A stretch of 64,000 nt of DNA, taken from positions 50,034 to 114,033 of the forward strand of contig JAQTPY010000001.1 of assembly GCA_028712445.1 (NCBI GenBank). Reading direction: 5' to 3'. Position 1 is the stretch's first letter. Each line of letters starts with the position of its first letter. Below the pieces are notes generated by a model. That model did no database searches and was not told the DNA's origin. It worked only from the letters and a program-made list of their open reading frames with translations. The translations under genes and the position numbers were made by a program. The stretch is from Minisyncoccota bacterium. Its GTDB lineage: Bacteria; Patescibacteriota; Minisyncoccia; Minisyncoccales; RBG-13-42-11. This document shows positions 56,530 to 64,000 of the stretch, piece by piece.

Positions 56530-56607
56530 CAGATTTTTGTTAGACTGGAATATCGTTATTCTACCAGATTGATTGAAAAAAACAAGTTTTTAAGATAAAA
56601 TGAGTGA

Positions 56608-58080
56608 ATGCAGATTCCAAGAGAAGTAAAATCAGTGATCGAAAATCTCCAAAAAGCGGGCTTTGAGGCCTTTGTTGTGGGAGGGTGTGTGAGGGATTTT
56701 CTCAGAAACAAGAAGCCCAAAGACTGGGATGTCACAACCAGCGCCAAGCCCGAAGAAATTCAGAAAGTTTTTCCTAACAGTTTCTATGAAAACAAATTTT
56801 TAACCGTAACTGTCCAGTTGGAGAGCAAGGAAGAATCTCTCAGGGAAATAGAGATCACGACTTATAGGGCTGAGGCAAAATATTCAGACAAGAGACACCC
56901 GGACGAAATCAGATTTGCCAAAACTCTGGAGGAAGATTTAAAAAGAAGGGATTTTACAGTAAACGCATTAGCTATGATTCCCGCCTCGCGGGACTCTGGC
57001 AATCTGCAGATTGTAGACTATTTTAACGGGCAAGACGATCTTGAAAAAAAGATTATCAGGGCTGTGGGCAATGCCGAGGAAAGATTTTCCGAAGATGCTT
57101 TGAGAATGATGAGGGCTGTCAGGTTTGCTGTCACTTTGGGAGAAAACTGGCAGATTGAAAAGAAAACGGCTCAAGCCATTCTGGACAACGCAGAATCTTT
57201 AAAGTTGATTTCCAATGAGAGAATAAGGGAGGAATTGGTTAAAATAATCGATTCAGAAGGGGCCTCCAAGGGCATAGAGCTTTTGAGAGAACTTGAGCTT
57301 TTAAAATACATTATTCCCGAACTGGAAGAGGGTTATGGCGTGGGACAGAACAAACATCATATTTACAACATCTATGAGCATAGCTTAAAATCGTTAGAAT
57401 ATGCGGCCAAGCAGGGGTTTAACAGATATGTTAAAATAGCTTCTCTCTTGCACGATGTAGGAAAGCCAAGAACAAAGAGCGGGGAGGGAGCAGATTCCAC
57501 TTTTTATGGACATGAAATAGTGGGAGCCAGAATGGCGAGCAGAATTTTAGACCGGCTGAAATTTTCAAAAAAAGATGCAGAAAAGATCACAAAACTCGTA
57601 AGATATCATCTCTTTTATTACAATGTGGGCGAAGTTTCAGAAAGTTCAGTCAGGAGATTGCTTAGAAAGGTTGGGTCAGAAAGCATCGAAGAGTTGCTTC
57701 AGGTGAGGCTTGCTGACAGGATAGGGTCAGGCGTGCCGAAAGCTGAGCCATACAAATTGAGACATTTAAGATATGTTTTAGACAAGGTTTCTCACGATCC
57801 CATATCGGTTAAAATGCTTAAGGTTTCAGGCAACGATGTGATGAAAATTTTAGAAATTGAGCCTGGTCCCAAGATAGGACAGATATTAGATGTCCTATTA
57901 GGATATGTTCTTAATGAGCCGGAAAAAAATACAAGAGAATTTCTTGAAGAAAAAATAAAGGAATTGGGAAAATTGTCTGGAACTGAATTAAATAAAATAG
58001 CCCAGAAGGCTGAGAAAGAAAGAGAAAAAGTAGAAATAAAAAAAGACGAAATGACTAAACAAAAATATTGGGTGACATAA
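56608..58080 (+). CDS. cca: CCA-adding tRNA nucleotidyltransferase / poly(A) polymerase family with an HD domain.
   Basis: GGCVRD ... DFT(V)NA head domain and a central HD motif (LLHDVGK). Confidence 0.8.
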   Translation: MQIPREVKSVIENLQKAGFEAFVVGGCVRDFLRNKKPKDWDVTTSAKPEEIQKVFPNSFYENKFLTVTVQLESKEESLREIEITTYRAEAKYSDKRHPDEIRFAKTLEEDLKRRDFTVNALAMIPASRDSGNLQIVDYFNGQDDLEKKIIRAVGNAEERFSEDALRMMRAVRFAVTLGENWQIEKKTAQAILDNAESLKLISNERIREELVKIIDSEGASKGIELLRELELLKYIIPELEEGYGVGQNKHHIYNIYEHSLKSLEYAAKQGFNRYVKIASLLHDVGKPRTKSGEGADSTFYGHEIVGARMASRILDRLKFSKKDAEKITKLVRYHLFYYNVGEVSESSVRRLLRKVGSESIEELLQVRLADRIGSGVPKAEPYKLRHLRYVLDKVSHDPISVKMLKVSGNDVMKILEIEPGPKIGQILDVLLGYVLNEPEKNTREFLEEKIKELGKLSGTELNKIAQKAEKEREKVEIKKDEMTKQKYWVT

Positions 58081-58086
58081 ATTTTA

Positions 58087-58157
58087 CGGGGTATAGTGTA
58101 ATAGCAGCACGAGTCCTTCGGGAGGATTTAGCTCCAGTGCAAATCTGGATACCCCGA
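58087..58157 (+). other. tRNA-like hairpin: an 8-bp closing stem cggggtat/ataccccg, an internal cUUCGg tetraloop, and a T-arm-like CCAG-TGCAAAT-CTGG. Not a canonical tRNA.
   Basis: Seen directly in the sequence. Its 3' end contains the 10-nt motif gataccccga that recurs at 59163. Confidence 0.35.
58148..58157 (+). repeat. Direct repeat copy 1 (gataccccga).
   Basis: Identical 10-mer (plus Ya) found again at 59163..59172, flanking the nuclease gene. Confidence 0.55.
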
Positions 58158-58159
58158 CA

Positions 58160-59062
58160 TTAAGCAGAGAAAATCTTTAATTTTTCTTCTAGATCAATTT
58201 TAGGGTATAAATCTTGAGGATAGATTTCTATTAGTTTTATGTTGTGTTTTTGGCACAATTCTTTTTTTCTTTGGACAGATCGATCGTACTTGGGGCTATC
58301 ACTCGCCAAACCAAAATATTCAATGAAAATCATTTTGTTTTTTAAAACCACACTCCAGTCAGCTCTGTGATGAGTATTGGGGTAAGGAGTATTTCTTTGA
58401 TGTGCAATTCTATTTTCAAATAGCCAATTATCAATCAATAGTTCCGAAACGGAGTCGCAAGGGTGTCCATCGATAGACTTAGCGGTCATTCGTTTGTACA
58501 TCCTTTGATTATGAGAGCGATTTGGCTGTAATCCTGAGGATAATATGGTTTTATTCCACGATCCGAAGAATCTTATTCCGGCACCCTTAAGGCTTCCCAT
58601 TTCCCGTTGAGTGGGGACTCTTTTAAAATTCTCAAAAAAGTCATTTATGATTTTTATAATATTTTCTGGAGTGTAATATCCTATTTTTCCTCTTCTTCCC
58701 ACGTTTCCCAATCTTCGGCATCCTAAAGAGCAAAACTTTTGGTTAAGGCTTTTTGGAAACAAGCGGCCACATGTTAAGCATTTTTTAAATTCACTTCGTT
58801 TTTTAGGATGATTTTTGTTATTTATTGTTGCTGCGCAAGATTGAGAACAATAGTTATGGTTAGAAATATCATTTAAAACTCTTTCAAAAGACTTGCCACA
58901 ATTTTCACAGGTTAAAATTTTTCGTTTTTTTTTATGTTCAGATTGACATTTCTTCGAACAGAAAGTCTTCCAGCTAAGCTTTAAACTTTCGTTATAACGT
59001 CCCGTGCTTCGGAAAAATGGCTTTTTGCACGTCGCACAAAATATTTTTTTCAGTTCAGCCAT
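58160..59062 (-). CDS. Multi-zinc-ribbon protein with a C-terminal Vsr/DUF559-like (PD-(D/E)xK) endonuclease domain.
   Basis: Several CxxC...CxxC pairs N-terminally. The C-terminus reads SVSELLIDNWL...RIAHQRN...HRADWSVVLKNKMIFIEYFG, resembling the DUF559 TxxE...RQ...DF...IE.DG pattern. Confidence 0.45.
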   Translation of the reverse strand: MAELKKIFCATCKKPFFRSTGRYNESLKLSWKTFCSKKCQSEHKKKRKILTCENCGKSFERVLNDISNHNYCSQSCAATINNKNHPKKRSEFKKCLTCGRLFPKSLNQKFCSLGCRRLGNVGRRGKIGYYTPENIIKIINDFFENFKRVPTQREMGSLKGAGIRFFGSWNKTILSSGLQPNRSHNQRMYKRMTAKSIDGHPCDSVSELLIDNWLFENRIAHQRNTPYPNTHHRADWSVVLKNKMIFIEYFGLASDSPKYDRSVQRKKELCQKHNIKLIEIYPQDLYPKIDLEEKLKIFSA

Positions 59063-59162
59063 GATTTATTTACTATTTTGATTTTTTCAATTAGTATAGA
59101 ATAAACTTAGACCATTATCTTATTCTAGCACAGTTGGGGAGCGAGGAATAGATTCAATTTTT

Positions 59163-59172
59163 GATACCCCGA
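59163..59172 (+). repeat. Direct repeat copy 2 (gataccccga).
   Basis: Exact 10-mer repeat of 58148..58157. Confidence 0.55.
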
Positions 59173-59199
59173 TAATTTAGAATTAATCTATTAAAACAT

Positions 59200-60084
59200 A
59201 TGGAAAACGTCAAAAAACCAATAGGCATAGTGGTTGATGAAGCAGCTGACTTAACCAAGGAGATAATTGATAAATACAATATAGGGGTGGTTCCTCTGAA
59301 TGTTCACTGGCCAGAAATCGAGAATATTCCTGGAGATAATATTTATCAAAAAATCAAAGAATTGGAAAAAAGAGGAGACAAGAGTTTCGGTAAAACCTCC
59401 CAACCATCCCCCAAAGCTTTTATTGATGTTTTCACTCGGCAGCTTGATTCCTTTGAGGAAATAATTTCTCTTTCCATTACTTCAAAGCATTCGGGCACCT
59501 ACAACTCCGCCTGCCAGGCAAAAAAGTTTATGGGAGAGAACGGGAACAGAATCTTTCCGGTAGATACTCTTAATGCTTCAGCCGGAACTTCTTTGATCGT
59601 CTTTAAATTAATTGATTTGGTTGAAAAGGGATTGAAGACAGAAGCCATATTAAAGGAATTGGAAGTTTTTATGTCTCAGATCCGCCTTTACATTTTAGTT
59701 GAAAGCCCAAGCAGGCTTGAAGCTTCAGGACGTCTTTCTCCAATGCTGGCTAATTGGTTCAGAAATTTTCAGAAAATGGGAATCAGGCCGCTGCTTGGTT
59801 TTAAAGAAGGAAAATTGGGGCCAATCGGAGTTAAAAAATCAAAAGACATGGTGAGCACTTTATTGGACGAATATGAGGGAAAGACAAAATCTTTCAGATC
59901 TGAGAATAAGAAGATATGGGTTGCCATTACCCATGGCGATGATGTGGCCGGAGCAGAAAAATTAAAAGGATTGCTTGAGGGGTTGGGAAACGTGGAAGTT
60001 AAGCTCGTTAATTTAGCTGATAACGTTTTGGGAACTTTGGTTGGCCCGGGAGCATTGGTTTTGGCTTGGGCTCCCGCAGGTTAA
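59200..60084 (+). CDS. fakB: DegV-family fatty-acid-binding protein (FakB-like).
   Basis: IGIVVDEAADL N-terminus and DegV-like length and motifs (SLSITSKHSGTYNSA). Confidence 0.7.
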   Translation: MENVKKPIGIVVDEAADLTKEIIDKYNIGVVPLNVHWPEIENIPGDNIYQKIKELEKRGDKSFGKTSQPSPKAFIDVFTRQLDSFEEIISLSITSKHSGTYNSACQAKKFMGENGNRIFPVDTLNASAGTSLIVFKLIDLVEKGLKTEAILKELEVFMSQIRLYILVESPSRLEASGRLSPMLANWFRNFQKMGIRPLLGFKEGKLGPIGVKKSKDMVSTLLDEYEGKTKSFRSENKKIWVAITHGDDVAGAEKLKGLLEGLGNVEVKLVNLADNVLGTLVGPGALVLAWAPAG

Positions 60085-60105
60085 TTTAAGGGCTTTAAAT
60101 TTCAT

Positions 60106-60176
60106 GGGGATATAGTAAAACGGCATTACGCAGCATTCGCATTGCTGAGGTCCGGGTTCAATTCCCGGTATCTCCA
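60106..60176 (+). tRNA. tRNA-Ala (anticodon CGC) with a G3:U70 pair.
   Basis: GGGGATA acceptor pairing with TATCTCC (G3-U70), anticodon loop TTCGCAT, T-arm CCGGG-TTCAATT-CCCGG. Confidence 0.75.
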
Positions 60177-60181
60177 CATTT

Positions 60182-62473
60182 ATGGAAGCATTTTGGATAA
60201 TAATCAGTTATATCGCAGGTTCTATTCCTTTTGGTTACATAATATCCAAATTCTCAGGAAAGAACATCTTAGAGGTGGGATGGAAAAAGACTTCAGGATC
60301 CAATGTTTTTAAAAATGTTGGAAAGAAGCAGGGAGTTTTAACCGGCCTATTTGATGTCGCCAAAGGTTATTTGGTGGTTTTTCTAGCTCAAAAATTAGGA
60401 TTTTCTTTGGAAATTCAAGTTTTTTCCGGCTTGGCTGCGATAGTCGGACACAATTGGTCAATTTTCTTAAAATTTTCTGGGGGCAGAGGGATAGGGACCT
60501 TCGGAGGAGTGGTTCTGGCTTTCTCTCCGCAGATTCTCGGAATAATAATTATTCCTTTCCTGATCATTTCTTTAATTTGGAATGCCGCAATCGGCACTCT
60601 TTTTATCTTGTTTTTGATAATATTTTTGTTTTTTTATCCCCCTCAATTTTTAAATTCAAAGGAAGTTGAAAGCTGCGGTTTGCTAACATTGTTTTCTCTC
60701 TTCCCCATATTTCTTAAAAGATTGAGTCCCCTGAAGGAACTGAAATTTGGAACCATGGTTTTGAACCGTTTGATTTTTGACGATAATGAACCGCATGGTT
60801 TTAGAATAAACAAATTCATTGCCGCTGTAAGAAAGGGGTCAGCAAAGCCCATCAAGGATACCCTTCTGGCGCCCCCTCAAATTACTTGGAAGGTGGCTCA
60901 ATATGGAGCCAGAGCCGCAAGTAAAGGAGCGAAGGTGGCCAAAGACGGTTTTAGAAAATATCTTCTAGGTGTTTCAGAAAAGCAAGTTTTGGAAATCAAT
61001 GCTTTTGATTTCAAAAACATGATGATTGCTGCTTCAAAAAAAATAGTCCTCCATCAAGAAGATATAAACAAAATAAATGTTTTTCCCGTTGCAGATAAAG
61101 ACACGGGATACAACCTGGCAGCTACTCTTTTGGGAATAGAAGGAACGCTTTCTCAGAAAAATTACGGAGATTTCCGTGAATTGGCTAAAGATATGAACGA
61201 AGCTGCTATGATAAATGCCAGAGGAAATGTAGGCATGATTTCTACAGGATATTTTGTTGAGCTTCTCGAAAGAATAAAACATCTGGAGTCTTTAGATGCC
61301 TTTCATTTGGCGTTTGCAATGCAAAGAGGAATTAAAGCGGCCCGGGAATCGATTGCCGAGCCGGTTGAGGGTACGATTCTCGACGCAATAGAAGCTGCTG
61401 GCGAAAAAGCCTTGGAGCTGTCTAGAAATCAGAAAGAAAAAAACATAATCAAGGTTCTGGACGAAGCTTACAGGGCCAGCCAATCAGCTCTGGAAAAAAC
61501 TCCGGAAAAACTGAAGATTCTGAAAGAAAACAATGTGGTGGATGCGGGGGCATTGGGGTTTGTTAAGATTTTGGAAGGATGGCTGGACAGCTTAAAAGGA
61601 AATAAAATTGAAATCAAACAGGAGGCAGGTCCTGCCGAACAACCGAAAGCCGAAGAAGAACTGAAGCTCAGATACGAAGTGGTGGCTCTTTTTAAAAGAT
61701 CCGAGGACATGAATCAGGAATCGTTAAAGGAGGAGCTTTCTTGTTTGGGCGACAGTCTGGAAGTAATCGCTTCGGATGATAAAATCAAATTTCACATTCA
61801 TTGCTCTGACCCCGACCTGATTGTAGAAAAAATCAAGGGGTTCCCAGATGTCCAATTTAAAGTGGAGGATATGCAATCCTCAGAGACTTTGGCTAAAAAC
61901 CCCCTGGGTTTGATAGTCGACTCAGAGATTATTAATTCGGGTCCTAATCCTTCTTTTAAAGATTTTTTGGCTGCCTATCAGAGGGAATTGGCTAAATATG
62001 AGAAAATTTTAGTGATCACAGTTTCTTCTAAAAAATCAGGATCTTACAGCGCAGCCAGGATTGCCCGTTCCACTTTCAGAAAGCCCGAGAAAACAAATAT
62101 TTATGTTTTTGATTCTTTTACTTTGTCCACCGCCGAAAAAATAGTTGTTTTGAAAGCCCGGGAACTAATCGGTCTCGGAAAATCAATGGAGGAAATAATT
62201 GAAGAGCTGAAAGTCTTTTGTTTAAAAATAAGGATGCTGGCCACTCCTCAAAAAGATTTTTCCCTGATTGAAAAAATAGGATTCAGGCCTTTATTTGAAC
62301 TCAAGAACGGAGCTTTTAAAATTTCCAAAATAGTTTTAGGAAGCAACCCAAAAGAAATTTTAGCCAGAGAGATTAAGTCCTGCCAGAGCAAAAGAAAGAT
62401 CACAGGCGTTATTTACGGGTCAGACGCAAAAGCAAAGAATTTGGAAGTGGCTTTTTGCTTGATTGACAATTAA
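60182..62473 (+). CDS. plsY-fakA: Fusion protein: N-terminal PlsY (glycerol-3-phosphate acyltransferase, acyl-phosphate dependent) joined to a FakA/YloV-like fatty-acid kinase (DAK2 domain plus a DegV-like C-terminus).
   Basis: Residues 1-200: AGSIPFGYII...SGSNVFKNVG...GHNWSIFLKFSGGRGIGT (PlsY). Then VADKDTGYNL / ARGNVGMISTGYF (DAK2), then C-terminal KILVITVSSKKSGSYSAA (DegV-like). Confidence 0.65.
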   Translation: MEAFWIIISYIAGSIPFGYIISKFSGKNILEVGWKKTSGSNVFKNVGKKQGVLTGLFDVAKGYLVVFLAQKLGFSLEIQVFSGLAAIVGHNWSIFLKFSGGRGIGTFGGVVLAFSPQILGIIIIPFLIISLIWNAAIGTLFILFLIIFLFFYPPQFLNSKEVESCGLLTLFSLFPIFLKRLSPLKELKFGTMVLNRLIFDDNEPHGFRINKFIAAVRKGSAKPIKDTLLAPPQITWKVAQYGARAASKGAKVAKDGFRKYLLGVSEKQVLEINAFDFKNMMIAASKKIVLHQEDINKINVFPVADKDTGYNLAATLLGIEGTLSQKNYGDFRELAKDMNEAAMINARGNVGMISTGYFVELLERIKHLESLDAFHLAFAMQRGIKAARESIAEPVEGTILDAIEAAGEKALELSRNQKEKNIIKVLDEAYRASQSALEKTPEKLKILKENNVVDAGALGFVKILEGWLDSLKGNKIEIKQEAGPAEQPKAEEELKLRYEVVALFKRSEDMNQESLKEELSCLGDSLEVIASDDKIKFHIHCSDPDLIVEKIKGFPDVQFKVEDMQSSETLAKNPLGLIVDSEIINSGPNPSFKDFLAAYQRELAKYEKILVITVSSKKSGSYSAARIARSTFRKPEKTNIYVFDSFTLSTAEKIVVLKARELIGLGKSMEEIIEELKVFCLKIRMLATPQKDFSLIEKIGFRPLFELKNGAFKISKIVLGSNPKEILAREIKSCQSKRKITGVIYGSDAKAKNLEVAFCLIDN

Positions 62474-62569
62474 AGTTATTCTGTTAAAATGAAGATGTTC
62501 CGCAATCTTGCGGATTCTTTTTTAGCGTTAAGCTAAAAACAAGCTCCGCTTATTTTTAATACAAACAAT

Positions 62570-63823
62570 ATGATGGACATAAAGAATTTTACTTCAGCAA
62601 TCGCTCAAATCGCAGAGGAAAAAGGAATCAAACCTGAAAAAGTTTTGGAAACCATCGAAATGGCAATTGCTGCGGCCTACAAAAAAGATTACGGGAAAAA
62701 GGGTCAAATAATCAAAGCCAAGCTTAATCCTGAAACGGGAGGAGTTAATTTTTGGCAGGTAAAGAAAGTTGTTGAGGAAAGCATGCTCTATACCGAAGAG
62801 GAGCTGGAAGAATTAAATGATCAGAATCCGGCAGCCGACATGGAGGAAGGCGAAGACGGCAAGAAGGTGCGCTTTAATCCCGAAAAACATATAATGGTTG
62901 CTGACGCCAAGAAAATAAACTCTAAAATCAAAGTTGGAGAAGATTTGGAACTTCCTTTGGAAACAAAAGCGGATTACGGAAGGATTGCCGCTCAGACAGC
63001 AAAGCAAGTGATTTTGCAGAGAATAAGGGAGGCGGAAAAAGAGAGCGTTTTCAGTGAATTCAAATCCAAAGAAGGAGAATTGATTTCCGGCATCGTTCAG
63101 AGAATTGAAGGAAGGAATGTTTTTATGGATATTGGAAAAACTTTAGGCATGCTTCCCAAGGAAGAGCAGGTTCCCGGAGAGTTTTATCGTCCGGGCCAAA
63201 GATTAAAAGTGTTTGTTTTGAAAGTGGAAGAAACTCCCAGAGGAGCTGTTATTTTCTTGTCGAGAGCTTATCCTAAAATCATTTCAAAGCTTTTTGAGCT
63301 CGAGGTTCCTGAGATTTTAGCCGATCAAGTTCAGATAAAATCAATAGCCAGAGAGGCCGGTTCAAGATCGAAGATCGCCGTGGCCTCAACTCAGGAAGGA
63401 ATAGATCCCATAGGGGCCATGGTGGGCCAGAGAGGAACAAGAGTTATGGCTGTCATTAATGAGCTGGGCGGGGAAAAGATTGATATTATTGAATATTCCG
63501 ACGAGTCGGAAAGATATCTTGCCAATGCTCTTTCTCCGGCCAAAGTTGTTGGCGTTAAAATAATGCCGAAAAACAAAGCCATTGTAATTGTTCCTGAAGA
63601 CCAGCTGTCTTTAGCTATAGGAAAGGATGGGCAGAATGTCAGGCTGGCTGCCAAATTGACGGGTTGGAAAATAGATGTAAAAGCTGAGGGGCATGAAGAT
63701 GATGTTGCTGAGGGGACAGAAGAAGCGGCAGTTGAGGAAGTCAAAGAAGAGTCTGCAGATAAAGAGAAAGAAGAAGAAACCAAAGAAAAGAAGTCCAAAA
63801 AGAAAAAAGAAACTGAAGACTAA
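62570..63823 (+). CDS. nusA: Transcription termination/antitermination factor NusA with an acidic C-terminal tail.
   Basis: N-terminal domain, S1 and two KH regions (GSRSKIAVAS...GIDPIGAMVGQRG), 417 aa. Confidence 0.85.
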   Translation: MMDIKNFTSAIAQIAEEKGIKPEKVLETIEMAIAAAYKKDYGKKGQIIKAKLNPETGGVNFWQVKKVVEESMLYTEEELEELNDQNPAADMEEGEDGKKVRFNPEKHIMVADAKKINSKIKVGEDLELPLETKADYGRIAAQTAKQVILQRIREAEKESVFSEFKSKEGELISGIVQRIEGRNVFMDIGKTLGMLPKEEQVPGEFYRPGQRLKVFVLKVEETPRGAVIFLSRAYPKIISKLFELEVPEILADQVQIKSIAREAGSRSKIAVASTQEGIDPIGAMVGQRGTRVMAVINELGGEKIDIIEYSDESERYLANALSPAKVVGVKIMPKNKAIVIVPEDQLSLAIGKDGQNVRLAAKLTGWKIDVKAEGHEDDVAEGTEEAAVEEVKEESADKEKEEETKEKKSKKKKETED

Positions 63824-63865
63824 TAACTAAAAACTAAAAACTACTAACTATTAATAACTAAAAAC
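63824..63865 (+). repeat. Tandem TAnnAAC heptamer repeats immediately 5' of the hppA start codon.
   Basis: TAAC TAAAAAC TAAAAAC TACTAAC TATTAATAAC TAAAAAC then ATG. Shares the 18-mer ACTAAAAACTACTAACTA with the rpsO leader. Confidence 0.6.
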
Positions 63866-64000
63866 ATGTTGCTGATCCCGATCATCGTTTCCATTTTTTC
63901 TTTACTTTTTTCCTATTTCCTGATCAGAGACATTAATAGGGCCGAAGCAGGTTCGGGAAAAATGATAGAAGTTTCTCAAGCTATCAGAGAAGGAGCGATG
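63866..64000 (+). CDS. hppA: Membrane-bound proton- or sodium-translocating pyrophosphatase, N-terminal fragment (3'-partial at the window edge).
   Basis: MLLIPIIVSIFSLLFSYFLIRDINRAEAGSGKMIEVSQAIREGAM resembles the H+-PPase N-terminus (TM1 plus the ...M.EI..AI.EGA motif). Confidence 0.5.
   Translation, partial: MLLIPIIVSIFSLLFSYFLIRDINRAEAGSGKMIEVSQAIREGAM

Noticed and set aside
58088-58156. Calling the tRNA-like hairpin after cca a genuine tRNA gene.
   Set aside because: The acceptor and T-arm-like pairings exist, but there is no canonical D-arm and no 7-nt anticodon loop with a 5-bp stem, and the T-loop is TGCAAAT. It is more likely a degenerate tRNA remnant or attachment site, or a terminator-like structure.

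Overview
This 64 kb window looks like chromosomal DNA from a low-GC (~38-40%, by eye) bacterium with a reduced genome, most likely a CPR/Patescibacteria lineage. It uses the standard code: both TGA (rnpA) and TAG (uvrB, rpsT) act as stop codons. The window spans the replication-origin neighbourhood, with dnaN and dnaA on the minus strand and rpmH-rnpA-yidD-yidC-jag on the plus strand. It also holds a complete F-type ATP synthase operon (atpB-atpZ-atpE-F-H-A-G-D-C), DNA-repair genes (uvrB, mutM, family-4 UDG, an EndoQ-like PHP endonuclease), a radical-SAM/GNAT Elp3 homolog, and a two-component module of a PAS histidine kinase plus two stand-alone receiver proteins. Further housekeeping genes are tyrS, a class A PBP, ruvC/yebC, pnp, rpsO, rpsT, cca, nusA, and partial ispH and hppA. 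There are four tRNA genes: Arg-CCG, Lys-CTT, Arg-TCG and Ala-CGC. I saw no rRNA, CRISPR array, transposase or integrase. The most notable region is a minus-strand block at about 39.4-49.7 kb that encodes a minimal Gram-positive-type type IV secretion-like apparatus: a VirB6-like polytopic protein, a PrgI/VirB3-like protein, a VirB4 ATPase interrupted by one in-frame TAG, and a VirB2/TrbC-like pilin. Linked to it are a giant Cys-rich repeat surface protein with a pilin-like C-terminus, translationally coupled to ksgA, and a secreted OB-fold protein. Peptidoglycan hydrolases flank the block. Other observations worth a second look are a FakB gene followed by a PlsY-FakA fusion, a zinc-ribbon/Vsr-like nuclease cassette flanked by 10-bp direct repeats beside a tRNA-like hairpin, tandem TAnnAAC heptamer repeats directly upstream of two start codons, and a 14-bp tandem duplication creating a mini-uORF at the dnaA start. 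Every functional call is from reading the sequence and translations by eye; no searches were run.
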